Shown here piece after piece: positions 36,433 to 49,278 of a stretch of 64,000 nucleotides of DNA. Source of the DNA: Lytechinus pictus (lineage: Eukaryota). The notes under the pieces were generated by a model, which had not been told where the DNA came from, searched no databases, and saw only the letters and a list, made by a program, of their open reading frames with translations. The stretch's first letter is position 1. The number at the start of each line of letters is the position of its first letter. Both the position numbers and the translations under genes were made by a program. The stretch lies in contig NC_087246.1 of assembly GCF_037042905.1 (NCBI RefSeq), forward strand, positions 3,226,001 through 3,290,000, in the 5' to 3' direction.

Positions 36433-39400
36433 AAAATATGATAGATCTACACTCATGATATTTTTGTTGGATCTGAGATAATGATACAGTTTTAATCATT
36501 ATATTATGTTGCCATTCCTAGACTTTTATAAGATGCATCACATCACTTTTTCAAGTGTGTTTAATTTCCTCTATCACCTATATGGTAATTTTATTTCTAG
36601 AGGGTATATGACTTTCATAGGAATTTATTTCAGGGCCAATAATCTTGATCTCTTTACAAGTGTATTGTATGCCTAACTTTTCAGTTCTCGTGTACATGTA
36701 CATACAAACTTGTGCATAATCTTATATTAAAATGTGATGTGACAAACAAATCATAATCTTTGACTGTGTTCTTATTATATTATTGGTGTAATATTCTTTT
36801 TCCTTGATGAATTTGTTTATGTGTAGTGTCCTTAATTAATAGGTAACCGTAATGGTACTTTATAACAATTTCTTATATCAAATCATGTGATATAACGCAT
36901 AAGTTTGCTGCTGATGCTAGGTCATGTATGTGCAGCCATGGCCATTGTCTCAAGTAAGTGGCCATACTTGCGCCAGTAAACAAGCAGCATTGCAGGTGAA
37001 GTTAATTTCACAATGATCTAGCAAATAACATTGGATTAGAGTTACACTAGTGGACCTAAAACAGTCTGAAGTTTGGGTGAGCAATGCTAACTAAAGTTTG
37101 GGTAGGATTAAACCAGAAGAAAGTGTGTGTTGGAGCTTCTGGTATCCAATCAATTATATATTATTTTATTCCATTCTATATAATGTAGTTACATCGACAG
37201 GTATAAATATAATAATAGATATACAATATCGATACCATGATATATGTGTAGATAAAATTACATGGTTAAAAATTGAAATTTACTGCTGTATGAAACCCAA
37301 CAGGTTTTATTTGGCCAGCCACCTTAACATCAAAGCAGGGCCCGCTAGGAGAACATTTTTCAAAACTAAAGTGGCTACCCTGAGTAAAATATGACATTAT
37401 TATTATTATTAAACAATCCATTAAGAAAAGAAGATGGTTATGAATGAACAATAAATAATAATGATTTGATTGCATAAAAGCAGGGTAATAAAACAAAGAA
37501 TACGAAAAAATGCACAATCCTAGACTCAAACACTGGAGTTTAAAATTTGCATGGTTTACACTTCTGACACCCTTAAAATGAGATTTATTTTAAAAGTTAT
37601 ATCTGGTGGAAGAAAATTTGATACTCTCATAGCATTTATCCAAAAAGTTGATTTCATATTGATTTGTAATATGTAAAATGATACTACATTCTATTTCTTA
37701 TAATTATATCTTAACTATAAACTGTACAATTTGATTCTAATGTATTTACATAAATTATGAGATAATAATTCAAGCCTGTGCTTAAACAGAAATATTGCAT
37801 TACAATAATTGTTCAATTTGGAAATATTCAGTGCAACTAAATTTTGAAACCATGCATGCAAACAATGTTTTTCTTGTGTGCATTATATGTATGAGGAAGC
37901 AATTTTTACAAAACTCTTGCAATAAAAAGAGTATTTCTAAATTCTAATTTAGAAGGTGTATTAGCCCATTATGATGTTGAAATAAACATGACAATACTAA
38001 AGTATTGTAGATTAGAAGAAAGAATAAAGGCTTGAAAATACCCTAAAATGCCCAAAGGAAATGTCTAATGTTGGTTGGACACATAATTACCCTCATGGAG
38101 CACATTTACCCAATATTTTTTTATGGTTAGGTGTTTTTTTTTGGGGGGGGTGGATTTTCCAATTAATTCATTTATCATGTTTCATGTTCTTTTCAGATTT
38201 CCTTTCAAAAGTTGGAATATTTTCTTCGTCCACAGCGTACAAGTGTACTAACAGTGTTCCTGATCATGTTATATCTTCTTATATAACCATATTATTTACA
38301 AATATTGTGGTATTTCTTGGAAGAAGCAGACTGGGGCCGGTGGCAGAGACATTTAGGAAATTGAAGAAAACTTGTTAAGTGAGCAATGGAGAAGACATTA
38401 ATTAAAGCAAGGCCTATCAGTCGTACTAACTTTTATTGCATAATGAAGAAGAACTAGGACTGACCTGTATCGAGAAGGTATCACCTTTGGAAATTACAAA
38501 GGTAATTAACGAGGAGACTCTGTCTTTCAGTAGTAATGCGGTTCTCAATCATGAATATTACTGTTTATCATTCATTTGTCAGGTGTCACTGGGGATATTT
38601 CATGAAAGTTGTTAACACTGACTAAATTGTCAGTGCTGATCGACTATTTTCATTAAAATCCTTGCTTTTAATTGGCTGAGGGGCACTGGCCTCTGCCTGT
38701 ATGGTAACTTTTGGAGAAAGACAAAGTTCATCGGTCCCTAGGGATTTTATGTTGGAAACTTTTTTGTCAGAAGTTTATTATAAATGATTATGATTGTTTA
38801 TATTACTTTGACAAGTGCCACGATGTTTGGTATATTTTAATTCAGGACCTTTTTCATTGCCCAGGAGTTGCTGTCAGTACATTTTTTTAGAGGGGGAAGC
38901 ATTTTCTAACCAGTATGACATCCGTTCTATTTGATAATCTCATCACTTAGTTCCTCATTGTATGGTAATGTCATCTTCACAAAACACTTATTAACATTAC
39001 TATTATGACAAGTTACCATAACTGGTAATATCGACAATCAATAAAACTTATTGTATTATTGTACTTTTCACGGGCAAAAGAATGTCATAGAGAGTATATG
39101 GTAAAAACATATTGTATACATGGTATAAACCTATAAAAAATGCCTATATATGGTAATCATTCGCCCCTCCCTCGTTTTGTCGATTTATCCCCTTCTTTAT
39201 ATTTCATCCTTTTTTCTCCCTTTCGTTCTCTCCTGTCTTATTTCTGTTTTACTTCTTCGCTCCCTCTCAGTCTACCCCCTCTTTTCCATTTTCTAACGAT
39301 ACTCGCTATCGAATTAATCGGAATATAATGGCATGCAGAGAATGATTTAGGTTTTTCATTTTCCACCACCACAAAGAATAAGACGGTGGTGACCAATGAT

Positions 39401-40733
39401 GACACATCGATTTCGCCTTTATCATCAACCATGTAATTATATCTGACCACAATTACATAAGAAAATGTTTGTCCGGCTGATTCATTGAATGCTTACCGTC
39501 CCACATTCTAACATTCCTCGGGACATTCCTTCAGAATAATTAACATCCAAAGCATCTCGCCTTGTAAACGTCGTCAAGTTCCTTAAAACATGGACGTAGG
39601 TCAATGCTGAAAATAATCAAATAACAAAATAATACAATTTTTACACAAAATACGAAATATGAAAGTGAGCGTGTGACATCAGTCGGCGAATCTCTCATTT
39701 ACACACATGCAGGTTCTGACCAAATGTGTATAAACTTTACCCGGGAAACTTTAGTAAATAATAATACGCGAAACTATTTGCATTCGTTTTATGACAAATT
39801 AAGTGCTATGCCTTTCTGTGTTCTATTTGTTTATATCAATTTGTTTGGATAACTCTATTCTCAAAGCTTTTCTTCATGTGACAAATAAAAGAAAATTACT
39901 CGAGTATCCTGGTAGTAGTTTTCAAATATGCCTATATACACACAATTATGTCATTCACTTTGCAAAGTCGGACTATAGCGGCAGAGTTTCGGTCGTAAAG
40001 TCAAGTCCAACCAAACTCAACTGGGGGGGGGGGTCAAATACACACGTGCGAAACATACAAGAAAAGGCTCAGTCAAAGGAATGGAATGTTAGTGCAGGCC
40101 ATAACAAAATCAAGGTCGATTGCCCGTGAGCTTGAACAGAGCTCAAAAATATTCCGTCAAAATAATGTCAACGTTCATCTTTCCTCGGCGCAGCGTGCCT
40201 TGAATTTCCCCGGGGCTTTGCTGGAATTGTTATCCGATCCTGTATTTCCCCATTCCGCTGGGGTGTGTGAATTTGACTACACAAATCCCTATTGTCCCCA
40301 TTCATAATCTGGGATATTTTTTTTTTCTGGGACCCACGCCAAGGTGCCTTGTACTGTCGATTGAGGGTACATAACCCCCAGCGTGGTTAAGCTGCCCTCG
40401 AAGGAGGGTCCTCGATTTGAGGACACACTGACTCAATAATAGAATTTCACATAATAGTAAGTAATCACTTTTTGAAAAATATGTTTTGAAGCACCATCGT
40501 CAGGAAAAAAGGATGATAATGATAAAAGAAGCGGAAAGAAAGAATATCCTCAACAATATGATGATATCAAATAAGAATGAATTAGGCCTATTCAATATAT
40601 TTTTTTTTTAGAAAAAAGGAATATAAATTATCTTACATGGATATCTTACATGGATGTCAGATTCATCGTAATAATCATGATTTTTTTATATCAAAAATAA
40701 AAATCTATTTGAATTGGAAAAAATATATATTCT

Positions 40734-40890
40734 GAGGTCTAGTGGTTCTGACTTGGATGCCTTTCAATTAGAGGGTCGTGGGTTCGGATCTAAGCCATGG
40801 CGTTATTTCCTAGAGCAAGAGATTTGTCCTCGACCAGGTGAGGTAAATGAGTATATCTGACGGGAATCTATTCTTAAAACGGTGATCGCT
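40734..40890 (+). mobile_element. tRNA-derived SINE, partial
   Basis: gtgggttcggatctaagccatggcg...ccaggtgaggtaaatgagta matches the 12477 copy. Confidence 0.75.
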
Positions 40891-41241
40891 TAAATAGACT
40901 TTTGATTCTGAAAAGCTTTATATTATGTAGGTTTAATTATAATCATTGTACATGTTTTCAAACTTTTGTTCCTTGTATTAGTTTGCTATTTGAAAATGTA
41001 AACAGTGAAATGCTTGCCTACGAGACATTAGACGCTAATGCTCCATGAGGGTAATTATGTGTCCAACCAACATTGGGAATTTCTTTTGGGCATTTATCCA
41101 GTGGGAAGAAAATTTTGTCCATTCTAAATTAATTGCTGCTTATTTTTAACCTTACTGGATAATATGCTTCCTGCATTGGGTAATATACTTCCCCACATTG
41201 GTTGGACACAATATTACCTTCGTGCTGGTTAAAAATTTACA

Positions 41242-41639
41242 CAGGGTGCTACACAAGCACTTGCCCGATTGCCTGGGGCAAGTAAAAGTTAGAGTCGGGC
41301 AAGTGTTTTGAAGTAAAGACCAAAACTACACTTAGCCGAATTGGGCAAGCAAAATTCTCACAGAAGAATGACCAAAATTAGGGTCAATATAATATATTGA
41401 CCCTAATTTTGGTCATGGCAGGCAAGATAAAATCACTTAGGAAAAAGAAATGCAAATACAAAGTAGATCAGTTCATGTCAAAAGAGATAAAAAGGTCAAT
41501 GGTTTATAAAACCGCAAAACTTTCTTTTGAAGAGGTAAAACTTTTTTTCATTGATTTTTTTTCGGGCAAGTGAAATAGATTTTGGACAAGTATATTCCAA
41601 CTATTTGAAAAAACTTATAAAACGTTATGTAGCACCCTG
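41242..41639. mobile_element. hAT-like MITE inserted in an older foldback element
   Basis: CAGGGTGCTACA ... TGTAGCACCCTG TIRs with internal cttgcccg/cgggcaag repeats; TSD imperfect. Confidence 0.75.
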
Positions 41640-43149
41640 TTTTACCCAATATTTTTTTACAGTGTATATTTTGCCGAATCACTTGTTTTATTGCAAGTTG
41701 CAACTCTTGTTTTTTTTTCGCTCGAGACTGTGGGTGAACTGTTAAATGTGTTTATTTTCGAACCAGGAATGAGGTGATAATCCGATCATGGTGAGCGAAC
41801 CGTGGTGGTTAAGAATAAGGTTCCGTCTCGTTATTGTTGAATTAATTCTTCAAAAGAAGAACAGAAGTTCAAATACGAGGGTTGATTGGCCAAATACACT
41901 ACTTTCTTCTGAGAATATAATGGAATCATCTGGGCATAAAGCGGTTACGAAAGGGTCGAGAATTCAATATTGTCAAAAATAGACGTTTTGCTCAAACAAA
42001 ATGGTTCATATATTTTTAGTGACACCAAAGCTTGAGTATTATATAATCATAATGTAACTTGAATTAAACAAAAGATCACTTTCTAAGCCCATTAAATTCC
42101 CGATAGGGCCTTAATAAGGTATAACAATTGATTACAGACAGTGGGTTTACTGCGTAAGATTTCAAGAACAATTTAGATTAGAAGTGTGCAGGGTAAAGAT
42201 CCCGAAAGATCCATTATAATTACCGTACATTTTTTGTGTGAGTTTAAAGCATTGTTTTTAGAAAACGACCAATACTAAAATATAATTTTCTACACGCATT
42301 CTTTCAAAAGAAGATCGTTTATCTTTAATCCAGTTTATTTCTCTGTTTATTTTATTTCATATAACCTCCCGATAACCTCATTATTATCCACCTTTAAAAT
42401 TAAGCACATCATATTGGTTTCAAATAATCATGTTTTGTGTCCCCATTTCAAATCATGAACACAATGTTCTCATCATCATGATCACAATGTTCTCATCATC
42501 ATGATCTGCACCTTTGAATATGCAGCTTAATAGGCCTATTGGTCCCGGATTGAAGACTCTCTTCGAATGTCGGGAATAGTTTTTTGGTGAGAGAATTGGA
42601 ATCATACATTGCAACTTCATGTAGGCAAGAATTGTAATACGGTATAATGCTAAATATTCGTTTTGTGAAGACCGTAGAGTTACATATTCCTAAAATCATG
42701 CGTTGAAAACGCACATGAAAATAGGCGTTTTATTTGCCTGGACAAAATATGGCTACTATAGAAGACAGTTGAATTTAGTGTATTTATGTCTTTTCATCGA
42801 ATGAAAAGTTTTCCATAACAGTAAAAATTGTGATATTTACCTTTGAATATTTGAATGAAAACAACTTGTTTTTCGACTTCTAATGTGAAACATTGATGTT
42901 ACGAAGGGGTTACGAACTTCAATAACAAGCAATGTCGATTTCAATATAGGACCGCACTCCTAGTTGTATTGCACAAAATAATAATTGAGATGCAAAAAAA
43001 AAGTATTTTAAAATGTTTCATAGAGGATATTTTTTTTATCCGGGCACGAACGAGACGCTATCGTTCCCATTGTGATTGAGCCCATGCGTACTATACAGTA
43101 TACTTGTTTGCTGCTAACAATACCACCGACCTTTTGACTCTATATAACC

Positions 43150-43250
43150 AGGGGGCCAATCACAAGAACTTCTGGGGCGCCAATGACGCTAACTTTACTC
43201 ATCGGGACCCGAAAGCTTGCCCTATACAAGCCGTAGGGGCGTGGCTGTGG
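43150..43250 (+). promoter_or_regulatory. Putative promoter of the TRIM gene
   Basis: CCAAT at 43156 and 43180, TGACG at 43184 and GC box GGGGCGTGGC at 43236, in CpG-rich DNA; candidate 5'UTR donor AAG|GTAAAT at 44094/44095. Confidence 0.4.
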
Positions 43251-43299
43251 CGTTTATCAATAGGGAAAGATTATCAAGGAACGCCAAACCATTGAGTAA

Positions 43300-43437
43300 T
43301 GCACCCCTACCGCAACCACCCGTTTTTGCACACTGTACTACAGTAATTTCTCGAATATTGTCCACAGACCTGTGGACAATATTTGAGAAATAACTGTAGT
43401 GCAGTGTGCAAATAACGGCGGCAGCGATAGGGGTGTA
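43300..43437. repeat. Long imperfect palindrome (about 68-bp arms, 2-nt loop)
   Basis: tgcacccctac...tattgtccacag-ac-ctgtggacaata...gataggggtgta. Confidence 0.9.
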
Positions 43438-46400
43438 TAAGCTTGGAACTGGAAAAGCGGACGAAATTTGTCGACTACGAGCCTACGTGCGATCAGGAAT
43501 ACGACGACGTCTCACTCTCGTGTCGAATTTCGACGACATCAGTGATGCATGCATCCTGCATGAATACAGTGTATAGCGCGGAGTATCGGGTGGATTGGAA
43601 TTAAAGAGCGGTGAGATAATTCTGACTATACAACGCTGATTCTCTCTCAGCCGCACTTGACTTGGTTGATATGCATGAACGCCAATGTGTATCATTTGAA
43701 TAATCACCGCATTCCAGAGAGAATGAATAGATAGAAACAGATCGAAGCTACCTTGTCACATGTATTTCTAGCTGCAGTTGAACTATATAGTTTCTGTGTA
43801 CATCCACGTTTCTTCTATACACAAGGCGCCATTTTCTAGCATACCAGATATTGTCATATACATTTTGCTTGGAATATCGCTTTCATTTCGCAAGGCAACA
43901 CTTCATCGCGTACATTCAAAGAGATATTGATTTTGTCGAATAAATGGACACATTTTTGTTTGATTACTGCCAACATCACGGGCATCTCTAATACTTTATA
44001 TTTGCTATTTAATGACGCTATAAAGGAACGATAAAAGAGGGATAAACTGCACAAGGATACAATACTTTTGTCTTGAACATCGTCAAGGATAAAGGTAAAT
44101 TTCCAAACGTATTCTTTTGTCCATCTTTGTTTCTATAAAATTTGTGTCATTTTTCAGGTCCACTGATTCTTCAAATGGGTTCAAGTCCTTGAGACGAATT
44201 TGACCTGTTGTTGTTTTCGCTACGTCATGTAGGTGGAAAAGGGAAGAACTATTCGAACATCATGATAATACCAAAATAATTATGTTAAAGGGTCTTGATT
44301 TCAAACTAGAATATTTCATGAAGCAATTTGTCTTTGAGTTTCAATTATCTTCTTCAGAAGAAAAAAAAATGCCCATAATATTAATAAGCAAGATCTTGTT
44401 TGACACTATCATAGCGTTATCTCGGAGTATTATACTGTTCTATTACTTCACAACACAATCTCTCTCTTGTATCCTTCCTGGTCGGAGATCGCTGGTATCA
44501 GTAGAAATGAATGCAGACACTTCCTAAGCGTTGTTAGAGCTAGAACAACCACATAAAAACGAATAGAATGAAATAATGATACACATTGTCCTGGTGAAAA
44601 GAAATAACAACACGATATGCTAAGTCGATATGTTATAGGCCTATATAATACCAATATTCATATCGGTGAAGGACTCCCATAATACACTCATCCTTGTGAA
44701 GATTTGACCACACCCATTTTCATATCTGAAAATTTCCAGGAGCGGAGGAGGCAGATTATGACGAAGAAGTGGGAGAACAGATGGAAGAAATTTGGTAGTA
44801 TATAGTAGGAGCAGTATAGAAGAATGATCTCATATAAAACATTGAATACAATTACCCTACATAAAAGAACAAATAAAATTATGGAGATGGCATTATCATA
44901 CTCGAATTCTTAATCGTATGTATGTTATGAAAAAAAAAATGCTTTTATATAACCTTACGTTTATACCTGACATTCCGTTATAACTATTAGCATGTTGCCA
45001 ATGATACTTCATACCATGGTTATATTTACGCTGAGGTATATTGAATTCATCGTGTTAATGGTTGCAGTGGGCAAGTAGGTCAAGTAAATGACCTACATAA
45101 TAATGCTAGATGTAGAAAGTCAGCTGGGCTGTAATTCACTGGTCTTGTTTGCCTTGTTTGTCTTGTTTGCCGCTTGAAACGTAAAAAAAGAGAGAAAATT
45201 CATAAAGGTTTGGTTCCTTTGCCCATAATAAGTAAAATCCAAAAATGGAAGATTAGAACATGAGAAAGACATTTAATCAACAGTGCTCTTTGATCCTACA
45301 TTCAAATAGAATGATAATTTTATACAACTTTGTCTGCACCGTTTAAAAAATATCTTATCAAGTCTACTTACATTTTGATTTCGTAAATCGTCATCCTGAC
45401 AAATCGACAACCAAGATTGAGATAATGAGATCACACCCTTTTTGGCCATTATACATTCACCTTTTTACAATCGACTTGGCAAATTCATTTTCGTCACCAT
45501 ATCGACGAAGTTAAAGGGCATCCAACCTTGGTCATAAAATGTTTTGTGAGAAAGGAGATTAAGTCGACAAGCTACGTTACTTGTTGCCAATTACAGCACC
45601 ACTTTCAATCTTCTCCAGACAAAAACTCTACAATAAATTTAGAATTGGTGTATTATGATTTAAAAAAAACCGGGGGTAAAAAAACCAGGGGACGCGCATG
45701 TGAATTCATGTTGATATTTCGTCCTTGAAAAGTTAGAAATTGCATGAAATGCACTTTTCTTGGATTGATGTTTTGAAAATGTTTATTCACATTCATATGC
45801 CAATGTCAACCTCATTAGATACATGTAAGATGCAAAGGAGGACAGCTGCTCCTACTGACAGCATGTCAAGTCAGACAATACACAATATCGTAAGGGTCGG
45901 ACCAGAGGTTACCACAAAAATTCATTTGGTTGCGGGCCTCCATCTTATCATACATGTTGATATGAAAAGTAATATTGCCCAGTTAGCCCTGTTATGTCTT
46001 CCAAACTATTCGGGTGGGGTGAGGCAGCCAAACTGAATTATATTTCACATCAAGTTGTTTGTTTTTGAGGTGGGATGTTCTGTATATACCTCCAGATGCA
46101 GATCCCATAATTTTACACAATCTACGATTTTCATTTTTTAAATGTCACTTGTACTTCTTCTAATGCCAGATGTTTTTGTTTCGATTGTTTTGGGAGTTTT
46201 TCATTATTTTGAGATGAAAAGCAAAATGAATCATCAAACTGGAAGTTGTCAAATAGCCATGGTACATGTATGTTTGATGGATGACATACATGACTGTGAT
46301 CCATGACATTTCATAAAGCGACAATTGTTATCGTAGAAGATCCTTACCTAAACCATGGACCTACTAAACTAAAGACCGACTCTAAAACCAAATCCTTTTT

Positions 46401-46825
46401 ACAATTAGACATATCTTAGGAAATATTACGATAGCAGGAATTGTCGAAGGAGACTGTTAACCATATTTTACCATTTTCCAAGACCCGATTAACCACTCGT
46501 CTTCAACAATATTGAATATAGTATTATATGAATATTGCTATGTAAGGGATATGACATCATCAGCTGGATAGTTGTCACACGTGGACTCAACCATAACATT
46601 AAAACGGTATTCATATAATTCAAATATCATGTTGGTCAGACCTATATTTTCATCGTATTTTCATCATAATTATCATCATTATTATCATTATTTTTATGTG
46701 CTCTAAATGTTTACGAAAATAACGAATATTGACCCGAATGAATAATAAATGCATTATGGTCTTATCAATGACGCATGACAATTTTCTGTTGCAGACATGA
46801 ATATATCAATATCATAATATCAATA

Positions 46826-47100
46826 TCAATGTTTAATTCCTTACCCCTTCATTTAAAATCCAAAACCACCCTCTCTAGTTTAAAAAACTCAAATCATATT
46901 TTATGTCTGGCAAATGTTAAATTGTCAAAGGTTCTTGTGTTTCAATATAATGTAATTACTTTGTATATTTTTATCATTTTGTATACTTATTATGTATGCT
47001 TTAAGGTCCCAACTAATGCCAGATTTACTGAATGGGCACGATATCAAATAATCTTTTTTTTTCTTCAAATAAATACATGAATAAAATGAATAAATAAACT
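46826..47100 (+). mobile_element. LINE (CR1/L2-like) 3' end remnant
   Basis: FNSLPLHLKSKTTLSSLK resembles the WNxLP...SFK C-terminus of LINE ORF2; an aataaa/tgaa-rich tail follows. Confidence 0.55.
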
Positions 47101-47289
47101 ATTGAATACATAAAATTATTGCGTATTTATGTTTGAGCATGTTACGTACGTAATGTAAATATTAATTCAAACGGTTCAGAAAAAAACAATGTCCATTACT
47201 CACATTGATGTGAATTATACATATATGTATATCTGCATGTACTGATATACAGTGTATTTTCACTCTTTTATATTTCCAGATAACCGAAG

Positions 47290-49170
47290 ATGCAGGACAT
47301 TGATCTGCATAGCTTGGAGTGCTCTATTTGCCTCAAGACTATCAATGAACCCAAACTCCTGACCTGCTCTCACACCTTTTGCAAGTCATGTCTAGAGAAA
47401 TTGTCTGATGCACAGGTGAACCGATCTATTCTACCATGTCCCATCTGCAAGAAGACAACAGCCGTCCCCAAGGGAGAAATCGGTAATCTACAGACCTACC
47501 AGGCTCTTCAGTCGGTGGTTGATGACCTGAAGAATCAACGCCACCCTTGTACATCATGTGAGAAGGCACCTTTAGCTAAAGTACATTGCCAGGAATGTGG
47601 CAAGTACATGTGCGACGACTGTCAGAAGATCCATAAGCAGTGGGGTACCTTTTCCCAGCATCAGGTGGTGGATATTACCGATTTTTGCTCGGGCAAGTTA
47701 CAGCTCAAGAAGAGAGCCACGTGTAAGAAACACCCAACTGCTGATGCATCCTGCTTCTGTATTGATTGCCGTATGTACATCTGCTTTTGTGAGTTGCTCG
47801 AGCATTCCAGGCAGACCCATGAGATCTTGAAAGTCGAGGAGCACGAGGGGGATGTGAGAGAAAACATCGAGGGTTTGAGAGCCAGAGCTTCGATGAGGAA
47901 GAACACCATAAACAAATACGCTGCCTATGTGGAGGAGCAACAGCAACGTTTAGACAGCCTCTTGGGCCAGATGAATGAGCAGATCGACGAGGCATACGAG
48001 CTTTCAGTGAAACGACTGACAGAGAGGAAGGCAATACTGAAGAACGATGTGAAACACCGAATCAATCAGCTGGAGGTGTCTTTGAAGGACATGCTGGAAT
48101 CAAGTCACCAACAAAATATCCATGTAGATGCTGCCACCGAGCTGGTTAGCCATGGCCTCAATAATCCTCTGGAAAAGGAATCTCTGACAGCTCATGACAC
48201 ACTCTGCGAGGAACTCTCAAGGATCCTTGATAGGGATAACCCTGACTACAAACAACCAACAATAGCTGCCAAGCTAGGAGAGAAAATCCAATTCAAGAGA
48301 AATGAGGGTAACAATGAACTTGATCTTGGTCGAGTGCAGGTAGCCGATTGGGCAGCAAAGCAAGTTGAATTTCCAGTGAAAAACAGCATTGTTGCAATGT
48401 CTACCCTGCCTGATGGTACTATGGCTTTGGCTAGTAATCAAGGAGGTGTCGACATATTTGATGTTGAAGGGCGTGTCGTTAGATCTGTTCTAAAGAATAC
48501 GAAGCTGCGAGTAATGGCAACCCTCAAGAATGGTTCTTTAGTTGCACGTGACAAGGCAAACACCATCACTATTTACAACAAGTCAGGTGAGCTAGTTAAA
48601 CACCACCGCTTCGAAACCTCGCGGTACGACGTGGCTGGAGCAGGCGATCTAGCAGTAGACAACTACGATGATATCTACGTTGGTTACAGGAATGCCAAGT
48701 GCATTCAAATTTTCAACAGCGAAGGTGGCGGGTGTCACCATGAAATTCCATGTGATGGCTATGAGCCCAGTCAGGTGTTCCCTCTCAAGACCAAAAAGCA
48801 GTTGCTGGTGCAGAGCCACTCCAACTCTGTAAGGCTGATCGATTTCCACGGCAACAAGATGCACGAAGTCACTCTCTTCGATAACATCTACGGTTACCCT
48901 GCCGTGTCAGATAATGACGACATCGTCATCGCCTGGGTGAAGCATGATGAAGGCTTAGTAAGCATCGACTTGTACAACAGCGAATTGAAGCATGACCAGA
49001 CGCTCATTGCCGATTACAAGATAGAGAAGCCAGAAAAGCGCCACTGGTACTCCCTGGAGCTCTTCAAAGGAGAAAACAACAAAAAGGACTATCCGCCAAA
49101 GTGCATTGCCTTCTGTACTCCAGACCGGATGTACATCTTCAAAGAGGCCATGACGGCTGCAAATGTGTAG
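47290..49170 (+). CDS. TRIM/RBCC-family E3 ubiquitin ligase (RING-HC, B-box1, B-box2, coiled coil, NHL-like beta-propeller), TRIM2/3/56/71-like; single coding exon
   Basis: 626-aa ORF. RING: CSICLKTINEPKLLTCSHTFCKSC...CPIC. B-box1: CTSC...CQEC...CDDCQKIH...H. B-box2: CKKH...FCIDC...ICFC...H...H. A heptad-rich middle and GDLAVDNYDDIYV-type blades follow. Splice acceptor tttccAG at 47278-47279, 10 nt before the ATG. Confidence 0.93.
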   Translation: MQDIDLHSLECSICLKTINEPKLLTCSHTFCKSCLEKLSDAQVNRSILPCPICKKTTAVPKGEIGNLQTYQALQSVVDDLKNQRHPCTSCEKAPLAKVHCQECGKYMCDDCQKIHKQWGTFSQHQVVDITDFCSGKLQLKKRATCKKHPTADASCFCIDCRMYICFCELLEHSRQTHEILKVEEHEGDVRENIEGLRARASMRKNTINKYAAYVEEQQQRLDSLLGQMNEQIDEAYELSVKRLTERKAILKNDVKHRINQLEVSLKDMLESSHQQNIHVDAATELVSHGLNNPLEKESLTAHDTLCEELSRILDRDNPDYKQPTIAAKLGEKIQFKRNEGNNELDLGRVQVADWAAKQVEFPVKNSIVAMSTLPDGTMALASNQGGVDIFDVEGRVVRSVLKNTKLRVMATLKNGSLVARDKANTITIYNKSGELVKHHRFETSRYDVAGAGDLAVDNYDDIYVGYRNAKCIQIFNSEGGGCHHEIPCDGYEPSQVFPLKTKKQLLVQSHSNSVRLIDFHGNKMHEVTLFDNIYGYPAVSDNDDIVIAWVKHDEGLVSIDLYNSELKHDQTLIADYKIEKPEKRHWYSLELFKGENNKKDYPPKCIAFCTPDRMYIFKEAMTAANV

Positions 49171-49206
49171 ATCAGCCAAGTATTATTTCAAGTAAACCAC
49201 CTTATC

Positions 49207-49278
49207 TAACCCAAATTAGAGTACCTTAATTAACCCAAACTAGAGTACCTTACTTAACCCAAATTAGAGTACCTTAAT
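49207..49278. repeat. 3 x 24-bp tandem repeat just after the TRIM stop codon
   Basis: taacccaaa(t/c)tagagtacctta(a/c)t at 49207, 49231 and 49255. Confidence 0.9.

Noticed and set aside
47597..49179. Overlapping alternative-frame and antisense ORFs in the TRIM CDS
   Set aside because: Expected shadows of a GC-richer coding exon.
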